Positions 60,604 through 64,000 of a stretch of 64,000 bases of DNA are shown piece by piece. Every line of letters begins with the position of its first letter. The first letter of the stretch is position 1. This DNA comes from Chlorokybus atmophyticus (Eukaryota; Plantae; Mesostigma and Chlorokybus algae): positions 381,104-445,103 of the forward strand of contig RHPI01002823.1 of assembly GCA_009103225.1 (NCBI GenBank), given 5' to 3'. The position numbers and the translations under genes are program-made. The notes beneath the pieces were generated by a model, which was given only the letters and a program-made list of their open reading frames with translations, was not told the DNA's origin and made no database searches.

Positions 60604-63600
60604 TTAGGGACATTTCCTGCCAATCATTGACGTGCCGTGCTCTTCATACCTGCACACAGAGAATGTTGGCAAGAAATCACCACCACGTGCAATGACGCCA
60701 GACGCCAGCAGAAGTGAGGATCTGCTGCTTTGCACTCTCACTCTGCTTTGGATAGCCACATCTGCTGGAAAGACCCGAGTGATGCTAGTATGGACCCGCC
60801 TATCCACACGCTGCCACATACATATACGCACGACAATGTTACGACCTACCAGATGGGCCAGCAACAAACTGGTAATGTGATGCTCAGCAGCAGGTGGCTA
60901 CCTGAACCGACGCTCGTTAGGGACGGTGCTTGCAATCACTTTTATCCTCGCTGTCTGCGGCGCCAACTGCAACAAACATTGGAGGATTGTGAGCCAAAGG
61001 ATCGACCATGCATTACCAATTCCTTGCATACCATCAGTCTCAGAATCAGCAGCACGATGAAATGGGTGCACCCCACCTCTAGTAGTTCTCGCTCAACCCG
61101 TTCCTTCATGTTTGGGAAAAGTGACGTACCTCCCGACAACTGCACACAACACGTGATTTACTTGGACTACCTCTACACTTCTGCGGTCAAGTCAAGAAGT
61201 GAATCACAACAAGTGCTGCGCGTACTAGCACTCCGTTGAACAGGTCTCTCCTCGCGTCCACATCGCATCGGTTTATGCTCTCTATCACCTGCGCAACCAC
61301 AACCATCAGAAACAAAGCGTACTTGATTGCAACTGCCCTGACTACCTAAGATAGAATTGGCCGTCAACTCACCAGCGCGGGAACGCCTTTTGACTCCACG
61401 GCCGGCAGCAGCGCTTCGCCGCCGGGGTACGTCTTGGCAATGGAGGGGTTGAACAGCACTTCCGGCAGCTTGAAGCGATCCGCACCAATCTGGGCACAAA
61501 GTTTATATAACATGTGCATAACAACTTGCTTGCAAGCATGAGCAGCGTCTGTGTGTATCTCTCTCTCTCACCTCGACCACGTTGCCGTCCGGCAGCTCGT
61601 ACGACATGGTGGGCATGTTGGCGCTGGCAGCCTCGTCGAACGCGCTCTCAGACACCCTGCATATGGACTCCTTGATGTCCGCCACGATCTGCATCTGCAT
61701 GTACTGTCTGTAGCTCTCCATCGTGTGCGGGAGGTCCACCTCCTCGATCTCAAGCTCTCCACCAGGCTGCGACACCTCTTTCCGCTTGAAAGAGTAGCGG
61801 GGCCGGACCTGACCGCGCACGCACAGCTCAGAACCAGCAGCACCTTCAACACATAGCAACAAGCAGGTGTGGGTGGATGCGTAACTTGTATATGTGTCTG
61901 TACCTGCGTGCCTTTTGCCTCAAGAGACTTCAGCAAGAAGTTTGTGAGGGACTCGCCGCCTACCGGAGATCGTACTATGCTCTGCAAAGAAACAACGCCA
62001 CAGTGTGAATCGATGCAACGTCCATGAGCCTGGCGCTCAGGTGGTAGCACAAGTCCAACCCCGACAATGCAACGCAAGCAGCGTGTACGGGCAGCATGTG
62101 CCAACTTATTAAGTCATGCAAGGTGAGCGCAACCCACATGCTAAGTGACCCTCTGTAAGCTGCTGTTTGCTATGTCAAGATATCAGTAGTTGCTTTGAAC
62201 CGTATCGCAAGCCAGCAACTTACTTTGGACAGTGCATAGCCATCGTGGACAGCCTGCACAATGGTTTGCCCGCCACCACTGCGCATTGCATACACGTGTC
62301 ACCTACTGAAATTCAGGTCATGACACACCACAACACCACACGCATTTCGTTTTCGCGCACTGGCACAGACTGTGTGCTATGATGGAGTGAGAGCAGCCGC
62401 TTCACCTGTCCACGACGAGCGAGGTGGCGCGGCCGGCGGCAAAGGAAGTCAACACGGGGTTGCGTGCCATGAACAGTGCGGGCACGCCGTACGTCTCAAA
62501 CATCACTTGGCAAACCCTGCGCATTGTTGCAACCTACTCTTATATATCCTTCAACGCCTTCATCACAACTTTATGAAGCTGCCCACACTCCAAGTTTCAA
62601 CGTGCGCTCTACCTCTCTCGCTGCTCGCGCGGAGCAAAGCCGGGTTCTGCCAGCAACACGGGATGCTCTTTCGGATCAACCATCAACCGCTCCCTGCGCG
62701 TCGTCAAGACAGTTACAAAGCAGCAACTCGCATTGCTTGCGCACACGCGCGAGAGCATGCGCCCTAGTAGGCGGTGATGTGTTAAGGTGTGTTGTTGTTC
62801 CCGCTTACTTGAACGCGTGATCCCATATGGCCTCCATCATATCCCAATCGGCAATCAGCCCATCCTTCAGCACCGGAGACACCTACACCACACCATGACA
62901 AACATGTCTGAGCAGTGGTGCCCCAACATACACCACACAACGACCTCTCACCTCCATGTGGTCTCGCCTGTACGTGACGCCCGTGGTGTTGCCAACATAA
63001 TAGCGCTTGGACGGGCCGGGCTTCGACGCCGACGCCGCCCCGTTCGCGTCCGCTGTCGTGGCCGCGTCCGCCATGACGGTGTCGCCCGTGCCGTCCACCG
63101 CTCCCCCTCCCTCCCGCTTCTCCAACACGCCAGCCCACTGCGTCACGCGCGAACACGATGTCTTGATCAAGTTGTGATCAATGATGGTGGGTGGCTTGGT
63201 TTGTTGACATGCTGGGTGCTTACTGATGGGAATACGGCTTTGGGCGTGTCTTCTCCTGCGTAGCCCGCTTTGCACGACACGCCGCCGCAGTCCACAACAA
63301 GCGCAGACACCTCGTCTACAACAGAAGACGATGATGATCAGACCAAACACCTCTCTTCCAGACACACATTGCACAAGAGCACGGTTGTAGAGTGCGCATG
63401 CTACGTGTTGGCATTGACACTCTTGAACGAAGAAGCAGTGGCATCCGGAAACTGTGTAGCTGCCGCGAGCGGACACGAGTGAGATAGGGTCAGACAGTGG
63501 TGCAGCGCATGTTGCGACAATGTGCGTGTGACTTGACTTCCGCAGACAATACAACAACACAATCAGTCGCAAGGGCCTGTCAAAACACGTTCCCTTGTGT

Positions 63601-63897
63601 GCAAGTCTTGAACGCGAATCAGCACAAGCCAGTGCAGCGCAGGTGGGGCATACGTGCATGCGGCTCTAAGTGACACCCGCGCAACGACCATGTGCAGAAC
63701 GGACGCTCACACACAAGCGCTCCGCCTGTAACGTCTTTGCATGCTCACTCTTGCGACTTCAAACACACGAGCCATGTCGTGCTTGAATCACAGGTCCTTC
63801 TGGCTTGCATGCACAGACTGAAGGACCCCCAAGAACTCAATTCCAAACTAAGGTTGCACAAAACACCTTGCTTGATCCACTTACCGCCTCCATACAT
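60604..63897 (-). CDS. ARP4: Actin-related protein 4 (nuclear ARP of INO80/SWR1/NuA4 complexes), 449 aa, 15 exons
   Basis: Exons: 63897-63885, 63315-63224, 63137-62952, 62882-62809, 62693-62613, 62516-62406, 62278-62224, 61981-61904, 61808-61572, 61489-61373, 61288-61226, 61139-61077, 60966-60902, 60810-60742, 60649-60604. All introns GT-AG; total 1350 nt. Starts [29 protein letters not shown] and ends [42 protein letters not shown], typical of plant ARP4. Confidence 0.95.
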
Positions 63898-64000
63898 GGT
63901 CGCCTCCGCCTCCTCGCCCAAGCTGTCTCCCCGTCTTGTCTAACCTAAACCTACCGCCGCCGTGGCCGAGGTGTCCGGCGCGCTTGCAGTGGCAACGACG

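Overview
Eukaryotic, intron-containing DNA, most likely from a green alga (inferred from the TE families and splice signals). About 1-55.6 kb is a nested, mostly decayed retrotransposon cluster. It holds chromovirus-type Ty3/Gypsy pieces, an old Ty1/Copia, two DIRS (tyrosine-recombinase) copies and a long Gypsy element. That long Gypsy carries a cytosine-5 DNA methyltransferase between protease and RT and a PHD finger after integrase, and it is interrupted by a young three-LTR Copia tandem with a perfect GAGAG target-site duplication. Methyltransferase cargo recurs: a Dam-like (N6-adenine-type) domain lies in the DIRS pol, and a homologous domain lies between gag and protease of a chromovirus-family Gypsy. 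The DIRS gag appears to need splicing of a conserved intron. Two complementary halves of one LTR flank about 38.6 kb of the nest, with weak TIR/TSD-like ends suggesting a hidden founder DNA element. Two host genes follow: a 4-exon gene for an unknown 4-TM protein (+) and a 15-exon ARP4 (-). Four single-N joins (25905, 35638, 55409, 57577) exist; a 550-bp palindrome and a 5.3-kb duplication next to two of them may be assembly artefacts. All domain calls are by-eye motif recognition, with no database searches.
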